DNA from: Eledone cirrhosa
Taxonomy: Eukaryota
Length of the DNA: 64,000 nt
NCBI GenBank assembly: GCA_964016885.1
Contig: OZ024742.1
Location: forward strand, 275,838,001 to 275,902,000
Reading direction: 5' to 3'
Shown: positions 39,913 through 53,244 of the stretch, one piece after another
How positions within the stretch are numbered: the first letter of the stretch is position 1
Layout: every line of letters starts with the position of its first letter
Translations under genes and position numbers: made by a program
The notes under the pieces: generated by a model
Database searches by the model: none
What the model was told of the DNA's origin: nothing
What the model saw: the letters and a program-made list of their open reading frames with translations, nothing else

Positions 39913-39944
<32 letters not shown>

Positions 39945-40192
39945 CATATATATATATATACACATACATATATATATATATATACATACACACATATATA
40001 TATATATATACATATACATACATATATATATATATACATATATATATACATACATATATACATATACATACATATACATATATCCACATATATACATATA
40101 TATATACATACATATATATATATACATATATACATACACATACATATATATATAAATATATACATACATATATATATACATATATATATATA
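38662..40192. repeat. ~1.5 kb (TA)n/(TACA)n microsatellite
   Basis: Direct reading. Confidence 0.95.
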
Positions 40193-41399
40193 AAAACTAC
40201 AATAACAACAGAACAAATCCGCTTCTTAAAACACTGTGTTTCCTCCAAAACATACACAACAAACATATCAAAACAAGTAAATAATTTATTATTGAACAAA
40301 ACACAAGCCGAACGACTAAAACACACAATAACAGTTAATATGAAAAGAACAACATACACAAAAGTCAACGCACTCTACAGACAGAAACGCATTAACGGTA
40401 AGGAAATCCGAAATCTCATCACAGCAAACGAGAGAGATAACTTCATGAGCGTCATCAGACGTGAAACGAAATACGCTCAAAACGAATGCAATAGGCATTT
40501 CAAGAAGAAATTAGAATGGATGAATAAGAAAAAACTACAAGAAAGGAAAACCGAATATTCTCAAAAATACCCAGATAACATCGACAATATCCGTATGACT
40601 GATGTAAAACTACCGGAAGAATTTACCAATGACCACACAGTAAATATCTATGGGAACACTTTAATCAGTGAACAAGAACAACAAATCCTACGGTTACCAC
40701 CAAAATTTGCCATCTACAAAAAGATTAACCCTATGGAGTGCAAAACGGAGCTGGAAAAGTGTTTCACAAAAATACGTTGGAATGCAAAGGTAAACAACAA
40801 CAACAATAATAACGGTAGTAGTAATATAAACAATAACTCTGGGTATAGAAATAACAGCCATAACCATAACAATGGCAGGAAAGTGAGAAATAGTGATAAT
40901 GGTAATAATACTAGCGATAGACAGAACAACAACCACAATAATAATAATAATAGAAACATTAACCACAGACACAGCAACAGCGACCACAGTAGTAATAACG
41001 GTAACAATACGAACAACAACAACAATAACCACAGTGGTAATAATGGAAATAGTACATGTAGCAACATCAACAAAAACAAGAAACATAATAATAGTAACAA
41101 CCACAATGGTAGAAATAACAGTAACAACAACAATAACGGTGAAGTAAACAACAATACATCTAGCAATCATAACAATAATAATAATGCTAATGATAGAAAC
41201 AACAACAACCACCCTGATAACAACAATAGCAACACACACAACTATGACGATAGATATAATGACAACCCCTTAGAGAAACTATTTTTCAACCCAGCTGACA
41301 AAACATATAAGATGGGTAATATCTATCCTACGAGGTTACCCTTTAATAAAAGAGTTTGCATACCACAGCAAATAGATGATGAGACAGAGGCACATTTAG

Positions 41400-43529
41400 G
41401 AAATAAATATCGGTGCACATGCAACATAATATAAAAGACAAAAAGTACTGGTGTGTGTGTGTGATAAAGTTTTACTTCATAGAAGTCAAAGGTGTATAAT
41501 GTAAAGGGTTGTTACCCGATGGCAATAATACCATTCTGAAGTTGGTAGAAATATCTTGGCGCTCTCATCTCAGGCTGGTGAGCTGCATTGTGCTGGTAAC
41601 GAAAGGGTCGTCCAGAAAGAATCACCAGCTATGGTCGAAGATGTTACCACTTCAGGAATCAGGAGGCGAGAGAGAGATTTCGCGGTAAATCGCTCCTTTT
41701 ATCTCTGTTGACCGGAAGTGACCACTAGGGAGTTTGGTCAATCCCAAAGGGAAGCAACTCCACCTACTTCCTGTCTAGAGAACAGCGATTCGATTGTTGT
41801 GGCAGGGGAGGCAACTCTTACTACAATATCTCCCGCCAGATTTTTAAAACATAAAAATCGAAAGAAGCATGCATGGAGTAAGATGGCGAGCATGTAAGAG
41901 GCATGAAAACTATGGTAGTACAGAGTAATTGAAGTAAGAGAAAAGGTCAAAAGTTCAAATGTACAAAATATAGTTCACAGGTGTGCAATCACATGACAGC
42001 AGGAAAGAAAGTGTGTTCCAGAGAATGAATGCAGGTGGTTTCTGTTCTGTGGTATATCGTGAAATTTCCAACCTCCGAATGGATTTTCTCACAGGAAGAG
42101 TGCTGCAAAAATAAATTCTCTGGCTTTGGTTGTTGGTGAAGCTGTGTTGATGTATTGCTGTTGCTGTTGCTGCTACTGTTGTCGCTGTATTGCTGTTGCT
42201 GTTATATTGCTGTTGCTGTTGCTGCTGCTGTTGCTGTTATATTGCTGTTGCTGTTGCTGCTGCTGTTGTCTCGCTGAGTGAGCGTATTTGGTGTTTAAAT
42301 TCACAGTAAAAAAAATTTTTTTCAGAAAAAATGAGTTGCGCAAAGTGCTAGAAATAGCAGCCGAAGTTGATGGTCGATGTCGAGAATGCGTTGACCTGGA
42401 AGGGTCAAGAGGCCAGCGACCAAAGAAATAAGCATTCTGAATAAATGCGCAGTTTTCAACGGCAAATTTACGTAGTAAATTTTTAAACCGGCAAATAGGA
42501 GAATATAGCTTAAGGCTGAAGAATCCTTGGCGAGAAACGTTATCTCTGGCGTGCGGCTATCTCTGTGAGTCGAGAATTTGTGCTGCCTACACGTGCCAAT
42601 ACAAGGTTGAAAAAATAATATTTCTAACGCGCGAGAAAATGATAGTGCAAGTGTGAAAGTGACAATGATGAAAAAGAAAGGCTTCACTCAGCATAATTAT
42701 TGGTGTGAACTTTGGAAAAAAAACTTGAACGATGAAGAAAACGATGAAAAAAAAAAGCCAATGGTTCATCGAAAATAAATGTTCCTGTTGAAATGTTTTT
42801 TAAAGAATATCAAATTTCTTTTTTTTTTTTTTTTGAAAGAGTTCGTTGTAAGAAACGAGAAACATATATATATATCGTGAAATGTTATTTATTTTTTTTG
42901 TTTTGAAAGTGTTCGTTGTAAGAAACGAGAATATATATCGTGAAATGCGACAGTTAGTTGATGCGTGAGAGAAAAAGTCTGTCTGAACGCGAATTCCACA
43001 TGTGCGTGTGTCCGTTTCTTTGAGTATTTTCATAGTTTGTCGATAAATTTGCTGTGTATTCGTAATGTTACCCACACAACTCCAGAATCTGCTATCTTTT
43101 TCTTTTTTCGGGGTGACCACTTATAGCGATGAACGGCTGCGTGTTCGTGTCACGTCGGGGTAGCCAATATAGCGAGAGTACTGGGTTGTATGAATGTAAC
43201 AAAATGAGACATGGTTTGTGTGTATAATATTTAATTAACAATGGTAGATAGTATAGTTGACATGTCAAAGAAATAGATGATAGAATGAAACAAAGTTAGT
43301 CGTTACCGTTTTGATTGCCAGGCAAACGCGGCTGGCAGAAGACGCCTGGCTAAGGCCCAGGCGCCGGAAGGCAAATGAGAGGCTCTTGGCCTGGTGCCGA
43401 AAGGGCAATGAGAGAATGAGAACTTAAAGTTGTTAGTTTTATAGGGTTCTGACCGGAAGTTACAGAAAGGGTTCTACTTCCCGTCTAGATGTTAATCCAA
43501 ACAAGGGAGACAACCGCTACACACAGTTC
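41400..43529 (-). mobile_element. Non-coding LTR-retrotransposon-like insert with tRNA-Trp-like PBS, PPT and diverged LTRs
   Basis: LTR-like 43168-43521 (tatagcg...cgctaca); adjacent PBS TGGCTACCCCGACGTGA at 43150-43166; PPT ggcgggagatat next to TGTAG at 41825; shared motifs ccggaagt, ctacttcc.gtctaga, gggag.caac. Confidence 0.6.
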
Positions 43530-46074
43530 ACCATAGCTAGAAATAAGATTAGACAAGTAGTAGACAGGTATACTAAGAGACAGAGCAGACCAGAGGCCCA
43601 ACAACTTGGGAGGAAACCTGTAGAAGGCTTGGTTAGCCTCAAGCACCGCACAAGGGATGGTGAGGTAGTGTGTCTACCCACAGATAAGTCTGGTAGGATG
43701 TCAATAGATAGCATGCCGAACTACATCGAGGCTATGCAACCCCACATCACCAACACGAGCGAAGTTGCACAACAAACACACGATGGGAGAGAAAAAATCC
43801 TCAACGCTCACATGATGATGTGGACTGACATCCTAAAGCCAAGCAGACGCACTGCCAACAACTTCCAGGCGTCTAACAATGGCATACCACCCTTGTATGG
43901 GCTCCGCAAAGACCACAAGACAGTCGACGACCCGACAACAGGACCACCAACAAGACCCGTATGCGGAGCTAATATAGCTAGCAACTACAGGATCTCCTAC
44001 TTCCTCTCAATGGTTATACGCCCCATAATCAAGATGTCCCCAGATGTATGTGAAAGTACAGAGGACCTCCTCAGCAGAATCAGTGAGTGCAACAAAAACA
44101 GGAGCCTATCCAACTGCATAATAGGCAGCATGGATGTGGTGTCACTGTACCCATCCATTAACATTGATTTTTCTGTGAAAAGATGTGTGGAGATGATCAT
44201 TGAGAGTGAGGTGGAGTTCTGCGACGTCGACACAGACGAACTGGGCCTCCTACTTAGACTTACCTACGACACTGACTACCTAGACAGCCATGACCTTAGA
44301 TGTTTCTGCCCTAGTAGACCTATAAGAGGTAGACCCCCCACCATAACCTCAATGGCAAAAAAGACTCCCATGGGAAGGTGGATTGGGTGGACCAAAGCTA
44401 TACGGACCCCCCAAAACAATGACCAGGTAAGAAAAATGGTCGCACATGCAATAGGGGCTAGTATCAAAACTACCCTAAAGGGCCACATATTTAAGTTCAA
44501 TGAGAAAATCTACACCCAAAATGAGGGAGCAGCCATCGGCGTCAGCATAGCTGGTGATGTTGCCAACCTTTTCATGGTATGGTGGGAAAGGAGACTTAAA
44601 GATCTCCTTAATGAAAGCTCCATAGACCTCATCATGTACTCTCGTTATGTAGACGATATCAATATAGTTATAAGAACACCCCCACTAGAGAGCACTAACA
44701 AGTTTGATTTAGAACGTAGCACGATGGAAAGCATCCAGAAGATAGCTAATTCCATACACCAGAGTATAACTGTAACTATCGACTTCCTTTCCAAACACCC
44801 TAACAATAGACTACCTGTATTAGACACAGAACTCTGGATTAACACTATAGACGAGAGAGCCCAAATTCTCCACTCACACTATGCTAAACCCATGGCCTCC
44901 AAATACCTGATACTCAAAAACTCAGCAATGTCCAGTAGTGCTAAGTTTAATATTCTGATCGCAGATTTGGTACGAGTGATGAAGAATGTGTCCAGCATGT
45001 GCGACCCAACAGAAATGGAAAGACACATCCAACACTTCATCAACCGCATGCGGTTCTCTGGCTACAACCAAAGAGACAGAGTCAGAGTATACGAAGGAGC
45101 CATGGAAAAGTATAAGACCCTCATAGAACTGGACATGAAAGGAATTTGCCCATTATACAGGAGTAAATCATGGAATAGCTTAGATAGGGCTAGACATAAG
45201 ATAGGGAAGGCCACATCATGGTACGACAACCAGAGATATCAGAGTGTCATGTTTGTGGACGCCACCCCTGGAGGGAAATTAGCTAACCAGTGTAGAAAGG
45301 CCCTGAGAAAGACCCACTTAAAAATAAAGGTGGTAGAAAAGCCAGGAACCACCATAAAATCCCTGATCAGCAAAACCTACCCTTTTAAGAAAACCCACTG
45401 TACCAATAGGAAATATATCATATGTAAGGTGAACCCCCGGATAAACTGTAAAACTAGAAACGTAGTCTAGAGCATAAGATGTACAGAGGGTACTTGCAGA
45501 AACATGACAACAACATACATAGGCGAAACAGCTCGTAGCATAGGTGAAAGGATAGACCAACACTGGGGGGAACTAAAAGGACGAAAAAACGGGTCAGTAC
45601 TATACGAACATGCTAGACAACAACATGACGGTAACATAGACAACATAGAAATTAGAATAATATCTAAACATAGGAATGACCCAGCAGAGAGGCAAATCAG
45701 AGAGGCCAGTGAAATAGAAATTAGAAGACCAAAGCTAAACAGAAAGAATGAGTGGAACAACAACAACACCCAAACAAACAACACTGACCTAAGAGAAGTA
45801 TAAATAAGTAAATAAAATAAAATAAAATAAGATAAATAAATACATACACAAGCACAATAACAACAAGCACATAAACACACACGAATCACCCAGCAGACAC
45901 AACACTATACACACTAGTCACACAGCAAACATAACGCTATACACACACGCAAACGCATGCGCAAAGAAGACAAAATAAAATAAACAAACAAGCAAATAAA
46001 TAAATAAATATATAGACAGCCTGAATATAAAAAAATGGCGTAGACATACAACACAACAGGAGGAAAAAATATAA

Positions 46075-46116
46075 CACCACTGACGATGTTGCAGATGTGC
46101 AACGAAAGATTTATGT
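46075..46116 (+). ncRNA. Hammerhead-like motif in the PLE 3' pseudo-LTR; stems I and III weak
   Basis: CUGACGA-U-GUUGCA-gaug-UGCAAC-GAAA-gauuua. Confidence 0.55.
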
Positions 46117-46590
46117 AAATTATGTAAACTATATATATGTGTTTGTCTCTATATTGTATCTGTATTATTTTTGACCGTCGGTCAGTCAATGGCAACATTG
46201 AGGACCGATTAAGTTAGATCGCAGATATAAAAGACAGCGAGAAGCGAAAACCAACCAAACAGTGAGTGTGTTCTGCTATTAATTCTGGCAATATTACAAA
46301 AATATGACCCTCCCCAAGTATAACAATATTTGTTTCGACACACGATTTCATATAAAAAACCTCGCTAAACTATATATATATATATATATATGTATGTATA
46401 TGGAACGAGAATTAGCCGTCGAAATGGCTTGAGCTCAGCCGTCGGGGTCCTACTCATTCCTATTACCCACTCTACTACCCTAAGTATTGAGTACTTTGGT
46501 GCGTTATGGTCCACCTGGTTCCTTACCACATTTCCTTTGTTATATGTATGTATATATATATGTGTGTATGTATGTATATATATATATATG

Positions 46591-46716
<126 letters not shown>

Positions 46717-46717
46717 T

Positions 46718-49700
46718 TAATTCTATAATTAAGGGTGTATCTAATAGGATTTCCACACTCTCTAAGGACGTAGGAATATTTAATGAACATGCGGAGTACT
46801 ATAATAATGCCCTAGCAAATTCAGGTTACTCTAGTAAAATACATTATAATAATAGTAACCTTAGAAAGTCTCCGCTTACTTATAATAATAATAACATAAT
46901 ATCACATAACATGGCCATGAATGGAAGTAGGAAGCATAATAACCGTAAAAATTACATAGGTGTATCTGAACCCATCCATAAGTTAACCCACGGGACTCGT
47001 AATAGGGAATATAATACCTCTAGGAAACAAGTCGAACCCTCTGAGCGCTCACTCATTGGTGATAATTTTGCTAGATCTAATTCTAATAATGTTGCTTCTA
47101 CTGATCCTATTATTGGCCCTAATCCTTTTGATGGGATTCCAGACGACAGCAGATCTACTGGAGGTAGAAACAGTAAGAGACTTAATGGAATTTTGGCTGA
47201 TTCTAATAATGCGGTTTTAACTAATCCTTGTAGTAACCCTAGTCTTGATAGTGGGATATTAGATAATGGTAGAGTCGGTAAGGATAAAAATAGGAGACTA
47301 AATACTTATTTTAACCCGCCATATAATCAGGAAGTATAAACTAATATCCCGAGGTCTTTCTTTTCTATCTTAGAGAAAAATTTCCCCCCTTCTCATAAAT
47401 ACCATAGTGTTTTTAATAAAAATGTTATTAAACTTTCATTCTCTACCACCCCTAATATTAGTTCTCATTTAGCTAGCACTAACAATAGGAAAATTAGGGA
47501 TGGATTCTCCTCTCTGCATACTACTAGTCTGAACAGATCTGGAAATGCCTTACCACCAGAACAGACCTTATCTAATAGCAATCCTACGTGTAATGCATCA
47601 CTACTTCAGCCAACCAATAGCACCCGGAAGTGTAACTGTAGAGTGAGTGCTAACTGCCCTTTAAACGGTAACTGCCTCTCTAAGAACATCGTCTATGCTT
47701 GCGTAGTTATAACAAATTCCTCTAATAGAACTTATATAGGCTCTACATCTAACACTTTTAAGACTAGGTTTAATTCTCATATCTCTAATTTCAAACATGT
47801 TAAGTTTAAGAATTCTACTTCTTTAGCGCACTATATCTGGGATCTTAAGGGGGCTAATATACCATATAGCCTTAATTGGCGTTTAGTAGCACGCTCTAAT
47901 AACCTTTCTACACATACTAAATTTTGTAATCTCTGTATCCTCGAGACACACTCTATAATTTTCTCTAGCGAATCCTTACTTAATAGAAAGTCTGAGATAT
48001 TCTCTTCTTGCCCCCACACTATTTCTAATTCTTACTTTTATTATAAACCTAAAGGTTCTAGTAGTAGAAATTGTATCCATTAGCTGATATATTCCATTAC
48101 TTATTTTTTAGTTTAGGTTCTTTTTGTTTACCACCATTATTATCATCATTATTATCATTGGTTTTTGACAACTCTTTATTCTAGCTCTCATAATCTTTTG
48201 GCTACTATACCATATCTATCTTCTTACGCATTAAATTTTCACTATTAACACCTTATGAGTATATATCTGATTATATATTTTACGTTATTTTATTTTATTT
48301 CATTTTATTTTATTTTATCTTATTTGGATTCTTCTTTGGATACCCCCCCCCCCCCCACCCCCATGCGCACATAAACTTATTGTCAACCCCTTCAAATAGA
48401 TTATGATTATATTTAACCCCCTCTCTTTTACGCTCCTTTCTATTATTTAATATAGTATATTGACTCTGATTTTATGCTCCTTTGTATCATTCATACATTT
48501 CTTTTTTTCTGTCCCTATTAGCCTACCATAATTCTGCTTAAGTCAGTTTTTTAGATATCGTTATGTAAATGATAGTAGAAAATTTCATTCCTTTATATAT
48601 ATATTTGTAGTGAATTATTAACGTTTATAAATTTTGATTACTTAAACCATAACTAATATTGTATTGCCTTATTAGATATTTTAAATATTTTAAATATTAA
48701 TTTATCAAATAGGGTTTTCGAGTCATTTACCGGGGTTGTTTCCTAAGTTTTTACTTAACTGCATGTGAGACCTAAGTATATACTTTTGTTTTTGTTTTTT
48801 AATTTCCGGTTGATTCTATTTATTTATTTATTTATTAATACTACTGTGCATTCTATTTACTGTCTGGCCCTTACTCACTCATCCACATATATGTCTGTTT
48901 ACCAACCTTGTAATTATAAGTAATTATATATTATATTATGTTAATTATTTTATATTGTATTTGTTATTGTACTATCGATCCTTATTACTTACCGTTGATT
49001 ATATGTACCATTATGATATGTTTAATTTTATATATCATGTAAGATGTTTATACTTTTGTACCATCATAATTTTGGGTATTGTACAATTTATATTTTTTTC
49101 TCACCTACTCTGTAACTCTATATGAATTGATTTGTTAACTTGCATGCCATTATATATTATATATTATATATGTTATTATATTATTATTATAGTATTATTG
49201 TGACATCTATATTGTTTGTGTAAATTAACCGGAGATTATCTATTATATTATATTATATTATATAGTTAATAATTGTATAGCTTATTATATATTATATGTG
49301 CTACTTATAATCATATCATATTATTACCTCATGTATATTAGATATACGTATTATTATTATTATTATTATTTTTATTCCTATCATGCTTATTTATATTTAA
49401 AGTCTAATAAGGTTTAATTTGTGCTGTTAAAAATGGATATGTGTATTGATGTATGTGTATATGTGCGTACGTGTGCGTACATATATACATATGTATATTG
49501 TACCTTTTAATTTTTATTGTAATTTTAATATTGTTACAAGTATATTATATTATATTATATAGTATTGTATATAATTCCCGCTCTATATAACCACCTTTGT
49601 TTAGCTCTAGTTTTTTTTTGCTTTGGACTATATTTGTAATATGGTTCTAAATGTTATACACCTCCTTAGTGATTTTTATTATATATTTTTACCCATAATC

Positions 49701-49972
49701 TTGCAATACTTTAGTGTATGTACACTCCATATTCTTCGGAGTTTTCGGCTTGTATTGGCCGATAATACTTCTTGTTGTTTTAATTGCCCTGATGAGTCCT
49801 TAATAGGACGAAACATTGTTGGCTAATAAAGACTTTTGATGTATTGAAGGCTTCTTTGTTTTACTTTCATCATTCTTCGGCTCTGTTTAATTACATTGAG
49901 CTATACCTTTTACTGTCATTTCTATAATACGAAGAGGGTGTTTAACTCCAACACGCTCCAGTATTTTAATCC
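46718..49972 (+). mobile_element. 5'-truncated PLE (Naiad-like): RT thumb, linker, GIY-YIG and long AT-rich 3' UTR
   Basis: RISTLS...[11 protein letters not shown]; [14 protein letters not shown]...FPPSHKYHSVFN; CNCRVSANCPLNGNC...IVY...YIGST...CNLCILE...LLNRKSE...CPH; bounded by microsatellites. Confidence 0.88.
49786..49823 (+). ncRNA. Minimal type-I hammerhead ribozyme
   Basis: GCC-CUGAUGA-GUCCU-uaau-AGGAC-GAA-AC-auu-GU-U-GGC, then AAUAAA. Confidence 0.85.
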
Positions 49973-49973
49973 T

Positions 49974-50229
49974 TATATATATATATGTGTATGTGTGTAT
50001 GTATATCAGTGTATGTATGTATATATATAAGTGTATGTATGTATATATATATGTATGTATGTATATATGTATGTATATGTATGTGTATGTATGTATGTAT
50101 ATGTATATGTATGTATATATATATATGTATGTATATATATATATATGTGTGTATGTATATATATATATGTATGTATGTATGTATGTGTGTATGTATGTGT
50201 GTATGTATATGTATGTGTATGTATGTATG

Positions 50230-50261
<32 letters not shown>

Positions 50262-50511
50262 TGTATGTATATGTATGTATGTATATGTATGTATGTATAT
50301 ATGTATGTATGTATGTGTGTATGTATGTATGTATGTATGTATGTATATATATATGTATGTATGTGTGTATGTATATGTATATATATGTATGTATATATAT
50401 ATATATGTATGTATGTATATATATACATGCATGCATGCATGCATGCATGCATACACACATACATACATACATACATACATACATACATACATACATACAT
50501 ACATACATACA

Positions 50512-50547
<36 letters not shown>
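49974..50547. repeat. (TATG)n-(ATGC)n-(CATA)n microsatellite with a strand switch
   Basis: Direct reading. Confidence 0.95.
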
Positions 50548-51329
50548 CTGGTAACATGTATCCCAGTACAACCTGTCTCATGGTCGGGACGTTGACGACT
50601 AAACTGGCAACCCCACCAAGATTTCTTGGTGAGGAGGGTGACTTTGGACATCCCGCAGGACTAAAAACAAAACCTGTCAAAGGGCAAAGAGCTCTTAAGA
50701 GTCAATGGCCATCCAAAATCACCGGGAGAGATGACCCCTTAGCCTTTGTCAAGGCAGAATTCTAGGAGAAGGAAAACTCTGACATAACACCTGCAACCCT
50801 GATGGTATCCAATGATGTTGACTTGTTCTTCTTTTTGGTAAATATCATCTTGGTTAAAAGAGTGGGACTGGCTTTGTGCAGTGTCTTTGCTCACTATAAA
50901 AGCTTCACAGCACAGGCATTGCTTTATATCTGGAGATCTCTCTGCACTTGTCGTCACATGGTACCATGGGCCTAGCACTATGTGTCAATAATTGTCACAG
51001 GTGTAGTGTTTGTACCAGAGTTTTCAAGTCGCTGGCTGGACTAAAAAGTCCCACTCGTTTAGCGCATCGGTAGGAGTTCTCCTACATGGATATAAAGTAG
51101 TGGCCGTACTCGAAAACGAGTTGGCAGCCACCATGTGTATATATATGCATATATGTGTATTTGTATAAATGTATATGTGTGTATGTATGTATATATATGA
51201 ATGTATACATATATATGTGTATTTGTATATATGTATGTGTGTGTATGTATGTATGTATATATATGAATGTATATATATATGTATGTGTATATATATATAG
51301 ATGTAATCTGAATTTTATAGATGTAATCT

Positions 51330-51745
51330 GAATAGTATGGTAGAATATTAAGTGTTAAATATTAATTGAACAAGTACTTTCATGCTTTCGCAATCTTCAG
51401 GTTCATATTCTGTGGTGACAGTCAAGTTTACAATTTTCAACTGTAACGAGATGGGTAAATTTTGGGCCTTATATACAGTGAAAAGCGGCTACAGAATGCT
51501 AAATGTTGCAAACTGTATTTCGACCAATTGGTGTGTAGTTTCACTGGATTACTGAAGCTGATTGGTTTAGGCGTCATAGTTGGTTGAGCATGTCTAACGA
51601 CTTCTATTTGGCTCTATCCAAAGTATCAATTGTTTTGTTATTTTTAGAAATGATGAAAATAGCATTTTCTAGGGTTTTTATACCCCTAAGAATTATTATT
51701 GTTCAATTAACACTTAACACTTAATATTCTACCATACTATTTCAT
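51330..51745. mobile_element. Short element with ~43 bp inverted ends and an internal hammerhead
   Basis: aatagtatggtagaatattaagtgttaa...ttaattgaacaa / ttgttcaattaa...ttaacacttaatattctaccatactatt. Confidence 0.65.
51367..51405 (-). ncRNA. Minimal type-I hammerhead ribozyme motif
   Basis: Minus strand: UGAAC-CUGAAGA-U-UGC-gaaa-GCA-U-GAA-AGUACU-U-GUUCA; palindromic stem III AAGUACUU. Confidence 0.7.
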
Positions 51746-51856
51746 TCTAATACCATTATAATTTTAAAGGATTGTAAATAAAACGAGTAAATCAGACAAA
51801 GTTGGAATTCCTTTTATTAATATAATCTTCTATACACAATCATACACACCCATGTA

Positions 51857-51931
<75 letters not shown>

Positions 51932-52222
51932 TTATATATATAGCTTTTAAGCTATTTTGTAGTATCTCTGTTCAGGAACTTATATTAAATTTATCTCCCT
52001 GGAGCTTTGTAAAAGTCTGAGAGATTGGCTACATATATGTTTTATATATATATTTTTTTTGTTTAGATGGAAGACAAAACAAAGAAGATGAATACAAAGA
52101 TGAAGAAGAGAAAGATAAAGATGAAGAACCTCACTGCACAACAACGCACTGCACAACACCACACTGCACCGCACCACAGTACTCCACACCACATAACACC
52201 CAAAGTTTTTTTCCTCATCTTT

Positions 52223-53244
52223 TTTTCATGTGTTATCAACTAATCCGAACTCCAAGATGTTTGTTATTGACTCTCTCTTCATGGAAAACTTAGGTGGATG
52301 CACTTCTCTCATTTAACCCCAGAGTTTTCTCTAAGATTTTTCGTATGTTATCAACGAATATGACCTCCAAACCAGTTGGAAATGATTAGTTGTTCTAGGA
52401 AAAAGGAGGGGTAAAGCAGGTGGAAAAACCATTGTCGTTTTTAGATATATACCCTAATGATTTTTCTTCGGTCTCCTTTTGAGTGCTATCAACTAATCTG
52501 ACCTTTTAGTTGCTCTGAATCATTTTTTTTTCTGGGATTTGGAAACTAAAACTAAATTAAACATAAAATTAAATCTAGCCCCAACCCTAAACTCTAAATC
52601 TAAACCAAACCAAGCTAAATCTAAATATAAACATTACCCCAACCCTTAAACTAAACCCTAAACTATACCCCAACCATAAAACTAAACCCTAAACATTACC
52701 CCAACCCTAAAACTAAACCCTAAACTTTACCCCAAACCTAAAACTAAATCCTAAACTTTACCCCAATCCTAAAACTAGATCCTAAACATTACCCCAACCC
52801 TAAAACTAAACCCTAAACTTAACCCCAACCCTAAAACTAAACCCTAAACCCTAAACCTAACCCAGGGAAATAAGTTGATTGGAAGCATCTAGGAGGTCAG
52901 ATTAATTAATAGCACAGGAAATAGCACAGGAAATAGCATAGGAAATAGCACAGGAAATTAATAGCACAGGAAATATACCGAAAATGATTAAGTCCCACAA
53001 CATGTGAGTGAGGTGTGGATCTGCAAAACTCTTTCCCTCTCCTCTTTCTCCAAAGCTAGTTGTTTTTTACTGGTTTGGAAGTCATATTCACTGATAACGC
53101 ATGAAAATAGAATCAAAGAGAAAATTCCGAGTAGGCAGGGGTTATCCGGGTGAAGGGGGAACCACCTCACCCCGCCGTTTTCCTGGGGGGGAAAAGTCAG
53201 TTTCAAGCATCTTGGAGATTGGATTAGTTGATAACACATGAAAA
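52223..53244. repeat. Fold-back element with three nested inverted motifs around a telomere-like array
   Basis: tatcaactaatc.gacctcc-like motif at ~52233, 52348, 52487 and inverted at ~52890, 53085, 53213; ~31-bp CCCTAA-rich repeat at 52570-52860. Confidence 0.7.

Larger units (their letters stand above)
40193..46370 (+). mobile_element. Penelope-like retroelement (N-terminal region, RT, GIY-YIG, pseudo-LTR), split by a 2.1 kb insertion
   Basis: N-terminus [15 protein letters not shown] (40292-41399) resumes at ~43530; RT PTDKSG, LYGLRKDHK, SMDVVSLYPSI, RYVDD, LPVLD; endonuclease NVV*SIRC...YIGETARS...RQIREA...LNRKNEW. Confidence 0.9.

Noticed and set aside
40694-41239. Hydrophobic membrane-like ORFs on the minus strand
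   Set aside because: Antisense of the Asn-rich PLE segment
45468-45470. Programmed read-through between PLE RT and endonuclease
   Set aside because: The TAG replaces the conserved Tyr of the GIY-like motif; a single nonsense mutation is simpler
47337-48083. Selenocysteine recoding as described for some Naiad PLEs
   Set aside because: The cysteines are TGT/TGC and the internal stop is TAA, not TGA
50555-50820. Possible RTE 5' UTR fragment (ctaggagaaggaaaactctga)
   Set aside because: Recalled similarity only; no adjacent ORF to support it
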